From NCBI GenBank assembly GCA_964460615.1, contig CAYWPX010000004.1, positions 19,116 through 83,115 on the forward strand: a DNA stretch of 64,000 nucleotides, given 5' to 3'. Of this stretch, positions 1 to 9,530 are shown one piece after another. Numbering within the stretch: position 1 is the first letter of the stretch; each line of letters starts with the position of its first letter. A model generated the notes under the pieces. That model worked only from the letters and a program-made list of their open reading frames with translations, was not told the origin of the DNA and searched no databases. A program made the position numbers and the translations under genes. Source of the stretch: an uncultured Planctomycetia bacterium (GTDB lineage: Bacteria > Omnitrophota > Gorgyraeia > CAYWPX01).

Positions 1-622
1 ACCCTTTCCCGCCATGACCCGGTGCATTGCGCGCATAGCACGACTCCAGCATAACCTTGCTATGCGAAGATGTAATCGTACTTAGAGGTCGGGGAGAAAT
101 AACACCTAAGGACGGAGGCATGTATCTGCTGATAATGTCGCTGAATCGATATGAAATTCCGTAATAATCAAATGACGTCATACCGCCTGTGGAAGGATTT
201 ATATCATCAGGGCAAAAAACAATTCCTTCTCCTTTAGTTGCAACATCGAGATACCTGTTAAGAGGCCTCATCTCGGGAGTATAGTTACTATAAAATAACC
301 CCTTGCCGGTTTTACCTCCAAAAGAAAAGTAGTAGCACTGTGTATCATTTGGAGGTACGCTATCAAGAACAAATTTTGGAAATCTCATATCATGTTCATC
401 CAGATACAAATGCCATGCTATTCCGTGTTGGCGAAGATTGTTGATACAGGTAATTCTTCTAGCTTGTTCTCTTATGTTTCCCATAGCAGGCAAAAGAAAT
501 CCTGCCAAAACCCCGACAATAGCAACAACAACCAGAAGTTCAATGAGAGTAAATGCATATTTTTTTCTTTTGGGCAGGTCATTTTCATCAAAAAATCGTC
601 TTAATGACGGTATGATTTCCAT
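1..622 (-). CDS. Prepilin-type N-terminal cleavage/methylation domain protein (H-X9-DG / DUF1559-like pseudopilin family); 3' end cut by window edge
   Basis: The reverse-strand translation from the ATG at 620-622 reads [77 protein letters not shown]... This is a class III signal peptide plus a hydrophobic pilin helix. It is a clear paralog of 9531..10247. It is absent from the ORF track because it is open at the window edge. Confidence 0.6.
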   Translation of the reverse strand, partial: MEIIPSLRRFFDENDLPKRKKYAFTLIELLVVVAIVGVLAGFLLPAMGNIREQARRITCINNLRQHGIAWHLYLDEHDMRFPKFVLDSVPPNDTQCYYFSFGGKTGKGLFYSNYTPEMRPLNRYLDVATKGEGIVFCPDDINPSTGGMTSFDYYGISYRFSDIISRYMPPSLGVISPRPLSTITSSHSKVMLESCYARNAPGHGGKG

Positions 623-742
623 GAATAATATTATACCACTTTTAATAATCAGAGGGCAAACTTCATTTGCCAAGGCATATACCTTTATAAAACAAAAAGG
701 AGCCTAAAAATAGGCTCCTTTTATCAGACATAAACAAATCTA

Positions 743-907
743 TTATCGACCGCTATCCTTACGTTTTGAATAACAGTCCTTGCAATAAACCGGACGATCA
801 CCGCTCGGCTTAAAAGGAACCTGACATTCTTTTTTGCAGTCTTCGCAAGTCGCTTTGTGCATTTCTCTTGGACGCCCCCCAAACCCACCGCCGCCTTGAA
901 ACCCCAT
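743..907 (-). CDS. Small zinc-ribbon protein with a CxxC-x17-CxxC motif and a Gly-rich N-terminus (54 aa)
   Basis: The reverse-strand ORF reads MGFQGGGGFGGRPREMHKATCEDCKKECQVPFKPSGDRPVYCKDCYSKRKDSGR. An AAGGAGG-like RBS (aaaggaggaagt) sits 5 nt upstream of the ATG. It is under the 60-aa cutoff of the ORF track. The spacing CEDC-17 aa-CKDC matches the CxxC-x17-CxxC domain family. Confidence 0.5.
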   Translation of the reverse strand: MGFQGGGGFGGRPREMHKATCEDCKKECQVPFKPSGDRPVYCKDCYSKRKDSGR

Positions 908-1095
908 ACTTCCTCCTTTGTTGTTGCATTTACCTGCCTATTAATAGGGACAGGCGCCCACCATCTTTAATAGTATTATATCCTTTTAATCCCTAAGGTC
1001 AATAAAAAGAATAATTAAAGTTGATAGAGTTGAACCTCTCAATCCGCCTTAAGGTAAGCATGCTGATCTTTGCGCTGGAAAAGAAAGGTAAACTA

Positions 1096-1836
1096 TTATT
1101 TTCTTTCGAATTTAATTTCACTGATCACCGCTTCAATCTTTCCTGACCATCCGGGCGGGGCATCACCCTCGATAAGATATCCGAAATCTTTTGTATAGTT
1201 AGGCTCGAGAGGTGCTGATCTATTAAGCATACTGCTTGCTTCAATGAGCCTATAACTTTTTTCTCCCAACCGTCTTCCCCTCGGATCCAGAAAATAAATA
1301 GTTATCTCCAGGAAACCTATACTTTTATCACCGATATTCTTTACGCTGCCCGTAACTCCCTTTTTCGGAGATTGTTTCCCAATAACGTCAATTTGCCCAT
1401 ATTCAGAGTCAACCTTTATATCCTGAAGCATCAGATATTTTTTTATATAATCTCTTTGGTCATCCCGTGCAGGCATATTAGATAGAGATTTAGCTTCCAT
1501 ATTAGCTTTTTTTGCATCCTGGCCTGCTTTATAGATACGGACGGCCAGCGTCCCAAAATACCCGCATAACATAATGGTTACTATTGATAAAAAAATAGTC
1601 TTAATAAATCTATTGTTGTTAGTAATTTCGGCTAAGATTACGCAGATCGGGAACAGCACACCCGCAATCCACGTAAATAGCATCAGCCCTACAAAGAAAA
1701 AAGCAAGGCTTGAGCTTACTTCTGGGTTATTAACGCTATATGCATTCCCTACTACGATAATATAATACTGAATAGCTTCGACAACCAATACAACCAAAGA
1801 AATTAAAAAGACTGCTATGCTTTGAGCTATACTCAT
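1096..1836 (-). CDS. Hypothetical membrane protein (N-terminal multi-TM region plus a C-terminal soluble domain)
   Basis: 246-aa ORF with 4 predicted hydrophobic helices in the first 110 aa. I recognise no known motif. Confidence 0.45.
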   Translation of the reverse strand: MSIAQSIAVFLISLVVLVVEAIQYYIIVVGNAYSVNNPEVSSSLAFFFVGLMLFTWIAGVLFPICVILAEITNNNRFIKTIFLSIVTIMLCGYFGTLAVRIYKAGQDAKKANMEAKSLSNMPARDDQRDYIKKYLMLQDIKVDSEYGQIDVIGKQSPKKGVTGSVKNIGDKSIGFLEITIYFLDPRGRRLGEKSYRLIEASSMLNRSAPLEPNYTKDFGYLIEGDAPPGWSGKIEAVISEIKFERK

Positions 1837-2011
1837 AACACCTTCAGTTTTTTTCTATGAACGTGTGATTTTTCTTTATCTTTCACCTAATCACTAATTA
1901 TTTTTCCTATTTTTCTGTCAACTGTCTACTGTCATCTGTCAACTTTTAAGTATTAATTATAAGCTATCAGCTATGAGCCATGAGCCCTGCCTGCCGGCAG
2001 GCAGGTATGAA

Positions 2012-3250
2012 TTACTTCACCGCGCAGGTCCCGCCGCCCAATTTTGTTTTGTAGAGTTTTTTATTATAAGGAAGCTTCATTAATAGCATACCCATCAGGC
2101 AGGAATCCGTTATCCCTGAAAAAATCAACCCTGAGCTCACAAATACCGAAATAAATATAAATGCCCAATGCACAAGTACTGCCATAATTATCCCGAATAG
2201 CACTATGGAACCCGCTATCAGCCTGACCTGGCGCTCCAGAGACACTCCGCCTTCTCCTTTTATTACAGAAAGGTTTTCCTTTTGCCAGCGGGTGATCCCC
2301 CCGCTCATGACCTTTACGCCGGAAATCCCTGCCGATAGGAGCATATCAGCTGCCATAGGGGACCTGTTCCCGGTCCGGCAATAGACTATATATTTTTGTT
2401 TAGACTCACTCAGATCATTTATCTTAGAAAGGAGCGTGTCTATGGGTATATTTATAGAGTTATTGATGTGAGCTTCGCTAAACTCCAAATTAGACCTGAC
2501 ATCCAGAAATTTGAAATAAGGGTCTTTTTCTATAATAGTGAGAGCGTCTTTAGGCATGATCATTTCTAAGCCTGCCGCCTCGCCTTTCTGGTTAACGCGG
2601 ATTATATTATCTATATTGAACGGCTTTGGCATAACTTTTGAACGCATATTTTTGACGAAAGTTTCTTTATCCACTTCTACAAAATACGGATTAGCGTTTT
2701 TCTCTTTTTTGATCGTTGAAGAGAATTTTTCATTATAATCATGTCCCGGGAATAATATCGTATCATCCGGAAGAGATTTTAATCTTTGTAGCGTATCAAA
2801 CATCGATTCAGGAGATCCGTTTTGAAAATCCGTCCTTCCCACACTTCCTATTAAAAGCACATCCCCTGTAAATAACCTTCCTTCTCCGTATAAGCTTATA
2901 GCGTCATCTGTATGCCCGGGCGTATATATCACTTTAAAAGCGCTTTCACCTATTTTAATCTCATCGCCTTCTTTGACCCGGTTTGAGGCAACGCTTGATA
3001 TCGCTTTTTCGTGCATTATCACCTCTGCTTTAAAATTCTTCTTCAATATCGCCGCCAGAGAAAAATGATCCGCGTGCGTATGGGTATCAATAACGAGTTT
3101 TAGAACAAGTTTATTCTTATTCAAATAACCGCTATACTCTTCCAATAAACTTATATGCCCGTCAATAACCACAGCATCGCCGCTTGAACTTAGGATATAC
3201 GAATAACAGCTCCCCGCCACAAACTGCTTCATCATAAAGTTTTTATTCAT
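2012..3250 (-). CDS. MBL-fold persulfide dioxygenase (ETHE1/CstB-like) fused to a rhodanese domain, with a C-terminal membrane anchor (YgaP/DUF2892-like)
   Basis: HxHxDH metal motif DTHTHADH near the N-terminus. Rhodanese active-site loop CRTGNRS. C-terminal hydrophobic helices and a Cys-containing tail. Confidence 0.65.
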   Translation of the reverse strand: MNKNFMMKQFVAGSCYSYILSSSGDAVVIDGHISLLEEYSGYLNKNKLVLKLVIDTHTHADHFSLAAILKKNFKAEVIMHEKAISSVASNRVKEGDEIKIGESAFKVIYTPGHTDDAISLYGEGRLFTGDVLLIGSVGRTDFQNGSPESMFDTLQRLKSLPDDTILFPGHDYNEKFSSTIKKEKNANPYFVEVDKETFVKNMRSKVMPKPFNIDNIIRVNQKGEAAGLEMIMPKDALTIIEKDPYFKFLDVRSNLEFSEAHINNSINIPIDTLLSKINDLSESKQKYIVYCRTGNRSPMAADMLLSAGISGVKVMSGGITRWQKENLSVIKGEGGVSLERQVRLIAGSIVLFGIIMAVLVHWAFIFISVFVSSGLIFSGITDSCLMGMLLMKLPYNKKLYKTKLGGGTCAVK

Positions 3251-3669
3251 TTTTCACCCCATCTTCTATTTTAAGTATAAACCAGGATTGCTTTTTTTGC
3301 TATTTGTTTTTACGGCGCTTTAGATGTGTGCTTATATTAACTTTGGACCGGTCGGGCCCGAAACGTAGGTGAGAGAAAATCTGTTATTCTTTGAGGAAAA
3401 ATATAATTTTTTAGATTTACCGGTTTCCCGGGCAGTAACTTCTATCTTATAAAAAAATATTTTTGAATATTCTGTCCGGCTGCCGATACATGAATATTGA
3501 CTGAATAAATTACCATAACCATGTAAATATTTAAAAAAACAACTGAAAAAATTATTATTTGTCAGCAGTCTTTTTCTATAAAAGTAATTTTCCGAAATCT
3601 CCTAATTTACCTAAACTGCCAGTACTGTCAAAATACAGTCAGCTTTTTGCATACGCTCAGTTTCCCTGA

Positions 3670-4017
3670 TTATTTGCCAAATTCAGAAAGTTTCTTCTTT
3701 AAGTCCTCGGTGGCTTTTTGTGACTTGGCAATAAGCTCCTTCTTTGCGTCTTCAATAACCTTTTTTGCTTCCTGAGAATCACTGTTGAGTTTTCTGATGA
3801 CATTCTGGGCAATATTCATGGCGCCATCATAATCTTTGGCGTTATAGAAAGCCTTGGCCTGCCCCACAAGATACTTTTCTTTCGCCTGAACAGAATTCAT
3901 TGTCTCAGAATGACGTATGGCATCATTGACAGATGAGGCTTTCTTGGGACCGCACCCGACAACTACCGAACTTAAGATCACGAGAAACGACAATATAAAA
4001 AAGTAATATTTCTTCAT
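3670..4017 (-). CDS. Small lipoprotein with a TPR-like helical domain
   Basis: Signal peptide ending in the lipobox-like VVGC. 115 aa, Lys/Ala-rich helical region. Confidence 0.45.
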   Translation of the reverse strand: MKKYYFFILSFLVILSSVVVGCGPKKASSVNDAIRHSETMNSVQAKEKYLVGQAKAFYNAKDYDGAMNIAQNVIRKLNSDSQEAKKVIEDAKKELIAKSQKATEDLKKKLSEFGK

Positions 4018-4070
4018 CTTCTTGATCCTCCCTATCTATTTTTAAGTGGCATCCTATGTGACGCCCCTTT

Positions 4071-5873
4071 TTATTGGCCTATGACTGACTTTAAACCTTC
4101 CATAATATCGCTTACCCCGGTGGACGACTTGTCAGGAGTTACGGGCATGGCTTCTGGCTGAGAAGGGGCATTGGTGCCTATCGCTTTATTTAATAGATCA
4201 CCGACCATTTCTTCGCCTTTTTTTGCCGCAACTTTTGTGCCTATATACTTGAGATCAGGCATAACTGAAATACCTTTACCGGAAGACTTGAACGTAACCG
4301 GGAATTCTATCAGGTTATCTCGGCCGGAGAGATAACGCATCTCTGGAACTCCCTTGATTATGGCATCCGAAAGTAACGGCGCAAAACTGATTGTACCGTT
4401 TCCGGTCAGCGTCCCCCCAAGGGTAAGTTGGGCCGCACCCTTCACATCCGCAAAATCTGTTTCAAATTTCAGATCAGGAAGGTCAATAAGCCCGTCCTTT
4501 ACCGTTATCGACTGATGTATCGGTTTGAGTAACGTATATTGCCTATTTAGGGCTTCTTTGGCTGCCGCCGGTAAGAACATACTTATGGCATCCAGAAGGC
4601 CCGGAATAATAGCAATGCCTCCCAGACTTTGCCTTATAAGATTGGTATCTAAAAGAACTCCGTTATCCAGCGTAAATACTCCATTACCTGAGAGCGACTT
4701 GGAGATCTCCTCCTCGCTAAGTCCTGTCATTGTACCGTCAAATGAAAGCCCGATTTTACCGTCAAGATATTGCGTACCTCCTACAACTGACTGAAGATAC
4801 TGTTTTACTCCTGGGATCTGGGCTTTCACATTCATAGATGTCTCGGGTATGGTATAGATGCTACTAACGTCGGCCGAACCGCCGACCGTGGCATTGGCTA
4901 ACTGCGCAGAAAAAGACCTGAGCGAAAGCCTGTCATCTTGGGCAATAGCTGAAAAATTGACGCGCTCTATCGGGATCTTAAATTGCGTAACTGAAAATTT
5001 ACCGTCACTTAGCATAAGCTCCGCTTCCAGCTTTGATATCTTGTTATCAACAAGTGTGATCTGGGGGACCTTTGCCTTGAGTATGCCTTTTATCTCCTCG
5101 CCTATTCCCATCTTCCCTGCAAGAGGAAGCGCCTGTATGAGTTTTGCATGATTTATCGTCCCCAGATCAACATCAAGATTGAGATCTTTAACATACATAG
5201 GCCCCGTCACAAACCCTCCCGTAGTACCCGAAATATTGACATTCTGCGTAAGAGACAAGAACGCCATTTTAATAATAAAATCTATCGGGGTATTAAGAGA
5301 CACGTTCTTAATATCCGCATCGATAGTATCAATAGAAATATCGGCAGGCGGTTCTCCTGAAAAGTCCTGAAAATGCAAAGTTCCGTTCCTGATAACAATA
5401 GAGCGAATATTAAAGTCAATCGCTATAGGCATAGCAGCAGCTTTTCCCGCTTTAGCAGCCGCCGGACGCGGGGCAGGAGCATTTTTTGGAGTATACCCAA
5501 ACACTTTTATGGTCCCATCCTTTAGTTTTGCTAAATGTATCGATGGACGCATGATCGTTATCGACGATACCTTGATCTGCTTTTTTAAGAGCGGCCAAAA
5601 CTCAAGCGCCATATCGCCACGGGCAAACGACAGCTCTGTAGCCATCTGACCGTCTTTTTCTGTAAAGACCTGAAATTTCTCAATTCCCAGAAGAATTCCC
5701 CCCTTCCATCCAAGCATAAGGCGTTCGATCTTGACAGGGTTCCCGACAATGGCTTCAATCTGGGAAGTGATCGATTTGTTATATTGGTTAATATCAAATG
5801 TTGCAATAAAAATAGCTGCTCCGGCAATTAAAATAATGATGGTTATTAAAATAAGTATGATGATTTTTTTCAT
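4071..5873 (-). CDS. AsmA-family protein (outer-membrane biogenesis / lipid transport family)
   Basis: The N-terminal TM anchor followed by FDINQYNKSITSQIEAIVGNPVKIERL is typical of AsmA N-termini. The 600-aa beta-rich body and the C-terminal region are consistent with AsmA_2. Confidence 0.6.
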   Translation of the reverse strand: MKKIIILILITIIILIAGAAIFIATFDINQYNKSITSQIEAIVGNPVKIERLMLGWKGGILLGIEKFQVFTEKDGQMATELSFARGDMALEFWPLLKKQIKVSSITIMRPSIHLAKLKDGTIKVFGYTPKNAPAPRPAAAKAGKAAAMPIAIDFNIRSIVIRNGTLHFQDFSGEPPADISIDTIDADIKNVSLNTPIDFIIKMAFLSLTQNVNISGTTGGFVTGPMYVKDLNLDVDLGTINHAKLIQALPLAGKMGIGEEIKGILKAKVPQITLVDNKISKLEAELMLSDGKFSVTQFKIPIERVNFSAIAQDDRLSLRSFSAQLANATVGGSADVSSIYTIPETSMNVKAQIPGVKQYLQSVVGGTQYLDGKIGLSFDGTMTGLSEEEISKSLSGNGVFTLDNGVLLDTNLIRQSLGGIAIIPGLLDAISMFLPAAAKEALNRQYTLLKPIHQSITVKDGLIDLPDLKFETDFADVKGAAQLTLGGTLTGNGTISFAPLLSDAIIKGVPEMRYLSGRDNLIEFPVTFKSSGKGISVMPDLKYIGTKVAAKKGEEMVGDLLNKAIGTNAPSQPEAMPVTPDKSSTGVSDIMEGLKSVIGQ

Positions 5874-5894
5874 ATTTTACCCTGTTCCCTGGCT

Positions 5895-6404
5895 TCAAGA
5901 ATGCTGATGAATAACAATTTTATCAGAAGTGATTTTAGAATTCGGAATTATGATTTTTTTATTATCAGACGAGGTTAAGATAGTATTAAATATCTGGATC
6001 TCGTTGACCGTCCCGACTGCGCCGCCGGCTTCAATTATATCTCCTGCTTTAAATGACCTAAAAAATATCAGCATGACCCCGGCGGCAAAATTTGCAAGGG
6101 ACCCCTGGAGCGCCAAACCTATTGCCAGGCCCGCGGCGCCGATAACCGCCACAAATGATGTAGTCTGTACACCCAACTTACCGACAGCGGCAATAATGAC
6201 AAAAATAAGGATTATAAAATAAATGATATTTTTGGCAAATAACGATAGCGTCCTATCTACTTTTGAATTTATCATTAACTTTTCGCATAATTGCGAAACC
6301 AGGCGCGCTAACCATTTGCCGATAACAAAAATCAATACAGCAGCAATAACACTGACCCCATACTGGGCAACATAACCGTAAATTTTATCTATGTATTCCT
6401 GCAT
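5895..6404 (-). CDS. mscS: Small-conductance mechanosensitive channel, MscS family (short form, 169 aa)
   Basis: The core motif VIGAAGLAIGLALQGSLANFAAGVMLIFFRSFKAGDIIEAGGAVGTVNEIQIFNTIL is near-identical to the TM3/beta-domain of E. coli MscS. It lacks the long C-terminal vestibule extension. Confidence 0.8.
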   Translation of the reverse strand: MQEYIDKIYGYVAQYGVSVIAAVLIFVIGKWLARLVSQLCEKLMINSKVDRTLSLFAKNIIYFIILIFVIIAAVGKLGVQTTSFVAVIGAAGLAIGLALQGSLANFAAGVMLIFFRSFKAGDIIEAGGAVGTVNEIQIFNTILTSSDNKKIIIPNSKITSDKIVIHQHS

Positions 6405-6485
6405 ATTTTACCTCATTTTTTGGCACGAATAAAGGGGCTTTCAATTCTGAAAGCCCCTTTATTATCACTCAGGAACTTTTCATAT

Positions 6486-8960
6486 TTACTTAATCTTTAT
6501 AACCGGCACAGGCTGTTCATTTACTCTTGCCGTAAACGAACTCGAAGAACTGTTGCAATGAGTCCCGGAATTATCCTCTACCCTTAGAACAACGCGGTAG
6601 TTTCCGCCTTTTTTATAAACGTGTTTAACCTTAACGCCTTCTGCCGTATCGCCGTCACCAAAGTCCCACATATATTTCAGGGTATCTCCGTCAGCGTCAC
6701 TTGAGGCTGATCCATCAAAGTCTGATTCTTCATCAGCGCAACATACCAAATTAGGGCCGGCATTAGCAACCGGGGGAGTATTCACATAAACTTTAGTAGT
6801 AGCCGAGTCGATAGAGCATGGCGTTTGGCGCTTATCATCAACCGTAACCCTTACTGAATAGGTCCCGCCTTTTTGATATGTATGGCTTGCTTTTGAACCG
6901 CCTTCAGAAGTTACGCCATCTCCGAAATCCCAGCTATATCTCAAGCCATCATTATCCGGATCGGATGAATTTGACGCATCAAAATCCATTCTTGAACCTA
7001 CGCATGCAGCTTCGGCTTTTGCGAGCGATGCGGTTGGCCCGGAATTTACGAAAACGCTCAGGCTGTCAGTTGCAACTGAACATTTTGTCCCCTGCCCGTC
7101 GTCAACTTCAAGAACCGGCCTATAGCTGCCGCTTTTTGCATAAGAATGTTTAACTTTTGCTCCTTCAGCACTCATTCCGTCTCCGAAGCTCCATTTGTAA
7201 CTCAAAGCGTCTCCATCCGGATCTTTTGAAGCGGAACCATCGAGAGCGATTTCAGTCCCAACGCAAACAGTAATGTTCTCTCCCGCTACTGCGATCGGCT
7301 GTTTGTTCAATTTCACCTTTATAACATCCGAAGCCGAAGAACACGGAGATTCAGAGCCGTCATTAACTGAAAGCACTACGGTATAGCTCCCGCCCTTCTT
7401 ATATACATGAGTAACCTTTTCGGCGTTACCCATTACTCCGTCTCCGAAATCCCAGTTGTACTCCAATTTATCGCCATCCGGGTCTTTTGACCTGGAACCG
7501 TCAAATGTGATCTTGTATTCTTGACCAGCCGGCAAACAGAGATCCATGTCTTCACCGGCATCGGCTATGGGGCTCGAGTTTATGGAAATCATTTTTTGAA
7601 TAGTTTCTATACTACAGGCTGTACCCGCGTTATCATTAACGGTTAACCTAACTTTGTAGGTTCCGCCCTTTTCAAATATTTTATTTACTCTTTTACCTTC
7701 GCCTGAAGTGCCATCGCCGAAATCCCATGCATAGGAAAGATTACCCGGCGAATCATCTTTTGTCGCGCTTGCATCAAAGGTAATCTCGTCTCCAACGCAT
7801 GAACTTTCAGGAGCCGAAAATGCCGGTTCAGGAGGTGTATTCACTTTCACTAATTGCGTTGTCGTTGACGTATCGCATGTTAAACCCGATGAATCCTGAA
7901 CCGTAAGAGTAACGTTATACTGTCCCCCCTTTTCATATATATGGGTAACAACCGGCTCGGTACTTGTTGTCCCATCTCCGAAATCCCATAAGAAAGAAAG
8001 TTTTTCATTGTTGGGGTCATAAGAACTTGTAGCGTCAAAAGTGAACTTGTTGCATTTAAGGTCAGGAGCCTTTACCATAGGCATAGGCTTCTCCGGGGCT
8101 ACAGGCTTCCCCGCTCTATAATATATAGGAAGGATATTACCTTTATCATCTTTAACTCTAATAGCTGCGTTGGCATATCGCTGAGTCTTTTTCGTTATCA
8201 CATATTCTAATCTGTGCGGTTGTTTGGATGTATTAAGGTCCAGAGCGGTTTCCGTCCATTCGGCGCTTGCAGAATCGTTAATTCTGAATCTTCCGCCCAG
8301 ATCAGGATCGCGGGCTTCTCCGGATGCACCATCCGGGTCAATATCATAATTCTGTATAACTACCTTTGCTGTATCGGCAGGTATCTCAGGATAAAAATAC
8401 ATCTTGTCGCCTTTATTGGGTAATAACCTGAGGGAGATTTTTGGGCTCCAGGATTCGGCGCTATCAGGAGAGATCCTCACATTGAATAAATTCTGGTCTT
8501 CTCCTTCTAAGGCATTGGCAACAAGTTTGAATCTGTAGGCATTGCCCACTTTTTCGCCTTTTTCTTTTGCGAACGGGCCGAATGTGTAGACGGCTTTATC
8601 ATACTCTTTGGATTCGCCGAATTTCTCTTTCGCTAATACGGTATTCCCGCTTCCATATACGGCAAACTCTATTACGGTATCCCATCCGCTTTCAACATCC
8701 GGTTTCTGATCTAAAAAACCCCCTGTATCAGGGTCATATACTCCGATAGTCACATCACCTGTTGCATCTGCAGGAACGTCAATATACACCTCTTGATTAT
8801 GATCTACGTCATCTGCGCCATAATAAGGGTTGCCTTCCGGCCCAAATACATACAGGTACTTTGCCATTGAATAATCCTCAGGAACCGTATAGGCACTTGC
8901 CATTCCGGCTAAACTTATTAAAATTGCCGGGATCATTAATATAAATGATATTTTCTTCAT
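6486..8960 (-). CDS. Secreted protein with an N-terminal beta-sandwich region and 7 tandem PKD domains
   Basis: Signal peptide MKKISFILMIPAILISLAGMASA. Seven repeats carry the PKD signature WDFGDG(T/V), spaced about 85 aa apart. Confidence 0.85.
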   Translation of the reverse strand: MKKISFILMIPAILISLAGMASAYTVPEDYSMAKYLYVFGPEGNPYYGADDVDHNQEVYIDVPADATGDVTIGVYDPDTGGFLDQKPDVESGWDTVIEFAVYGSGNTVLAKEKFGESKEYDKAVYTFGPFAKEKGEKVGNAYRFKLVANALEGEDQNLFNVRISPDSAESWSPKISLRLLPNKGDKMYFYPEIPADTAKVVIQNYDIDPDGASGEARDPDLGGRFRINDSASAEWTETALDLNTSKQPHRLEYVITKKTQRYANAAIRVKDDKGNILPIYYRAGKPVAPEKPMPMVKAPDLKCNKFTFDATSSYDPNNEKLSFLWDFGDGTTSTEPVVTHIYEKGGQYNVTLTVQDSSGLTCDTSTTTQLVKVNTPPEPAFSAPESSCVGDEITFDASATKDDSPGNLSYAWDFGDGTSGEGKRVNKIFEKGGTYKVRLTVNDNAGTACSIETIQKMISINSSPIADAGEDMDLCLPAGQEYKITFDGSRSKDPDGDKLEYNWDFGDGVMGNAEKVTHVYKKGGSYTVVLSVNDGSESPCSSASDVIKVKLNKQPIAVAGENITVCVGTEIALDGSASKDPDGDALSYKWSFGDGMSAEGAKVKHSYAKSGSYRPVLEVDDGQGTKCSVATDSLSVFVNSGPTASLAKAEAACVGSRMDFDASNSSDPDNDGLRYSWDFGDGVTSEGGSKASHTYQKGGTYSVRVTVDDKRQTPCSIDSATTKVYVNTPPVANAGPNLVCCADEESDFDGSASSDADGDTLKYMWDFGDGDTAEGVKVKHVYKKGGNYRVVLRVEDNSGTHCNSSSSSFTARVNEQPVPVIKIK

Positions 8961-9002
8961 AATGCTCCTTTCATTGTTTAATTTTTGATATGTTTATAAA
9001 TC

Positions 9003-9170
9003 TTATCTTTTCTTTCCGATAACAAAATAAAAGATCATACCTATGATCGGCAGCACCAGGATCAATGCTACCCATAATAGTTTTTTTTCTTTATCCATGG
9101 AGCTTTTAATAACATCGAGAATAGCGATTATATCCAACACCAGCGTAACCAGCCCGATCAACAGTCCCAT
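9003..9170 (-). CDS. PLD-nuclease N-terminal domain (PLDc_N) small membrane protein, 55 aa
   Basis: The reverse-strand ORF reads MGLLIGLVTLVLDIIAILDVIKSSMDKEKKLLWVALILVLPIIGMIFYFVIGKKR. Two TM helices with the conserved LW...P.IG..FY..G pattern of the PLDc_N family. It is under the ORF-track size cutoff. Confidence 0.5.
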   Translation of the reverse strand: MGLLIGLVTLVLDIIAILDVIKSSMDKEKKLLWVALILVLPIIGMIFYFVIGKKR

Positions 9171-9369
9171 TATCTGCCCCCTTTTTTTTAATTTTTAGGC
9201 GCTGATTTACTGATTCTAGTCATGATTTTTATTAAAAACATAAAGACGCCTAAAATAATCAATTTTCATTATAACTAATAGCAAAGTAATGTCATTGGTT
9301 TGATTATACTTTTTATTGACTTTCTGCCACTATTGGCATTTGGCTCTTAATCCCATTATAAACAAAAAT

Positions 9370-9400
9370 AGCAGTTCCATTTAACTTTCGGAACTGCAAT
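9370..9400 (-). terminator. Candidate intrinsic terminator downstream of 9531..10247
   Basis: The gcagttcc / ggaactgc 8-bp stem is followed on the minus strand by a T-rich run. Confidence 0.35.
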
Positions 9401-9530
9401 TTTAATTGGGGACAGCTACTAATTAATTTGTTTTCATTACTCTTATCTAATAAAATGAGAGCCAAGTCGGCTATTTATTCTCTCTTCCTATATATAATAA
9501 GTACTACTCTTTATATCTAAATGTTTTTAG

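Noticed and set aside
392-707. Plus-strand ORFs 392..604 and 438..707
   Set aside because: They lie entirely inside the minus-strand prepilin-like gene 1..622. They have no motifs and no RBS, and are shadow ORFs.
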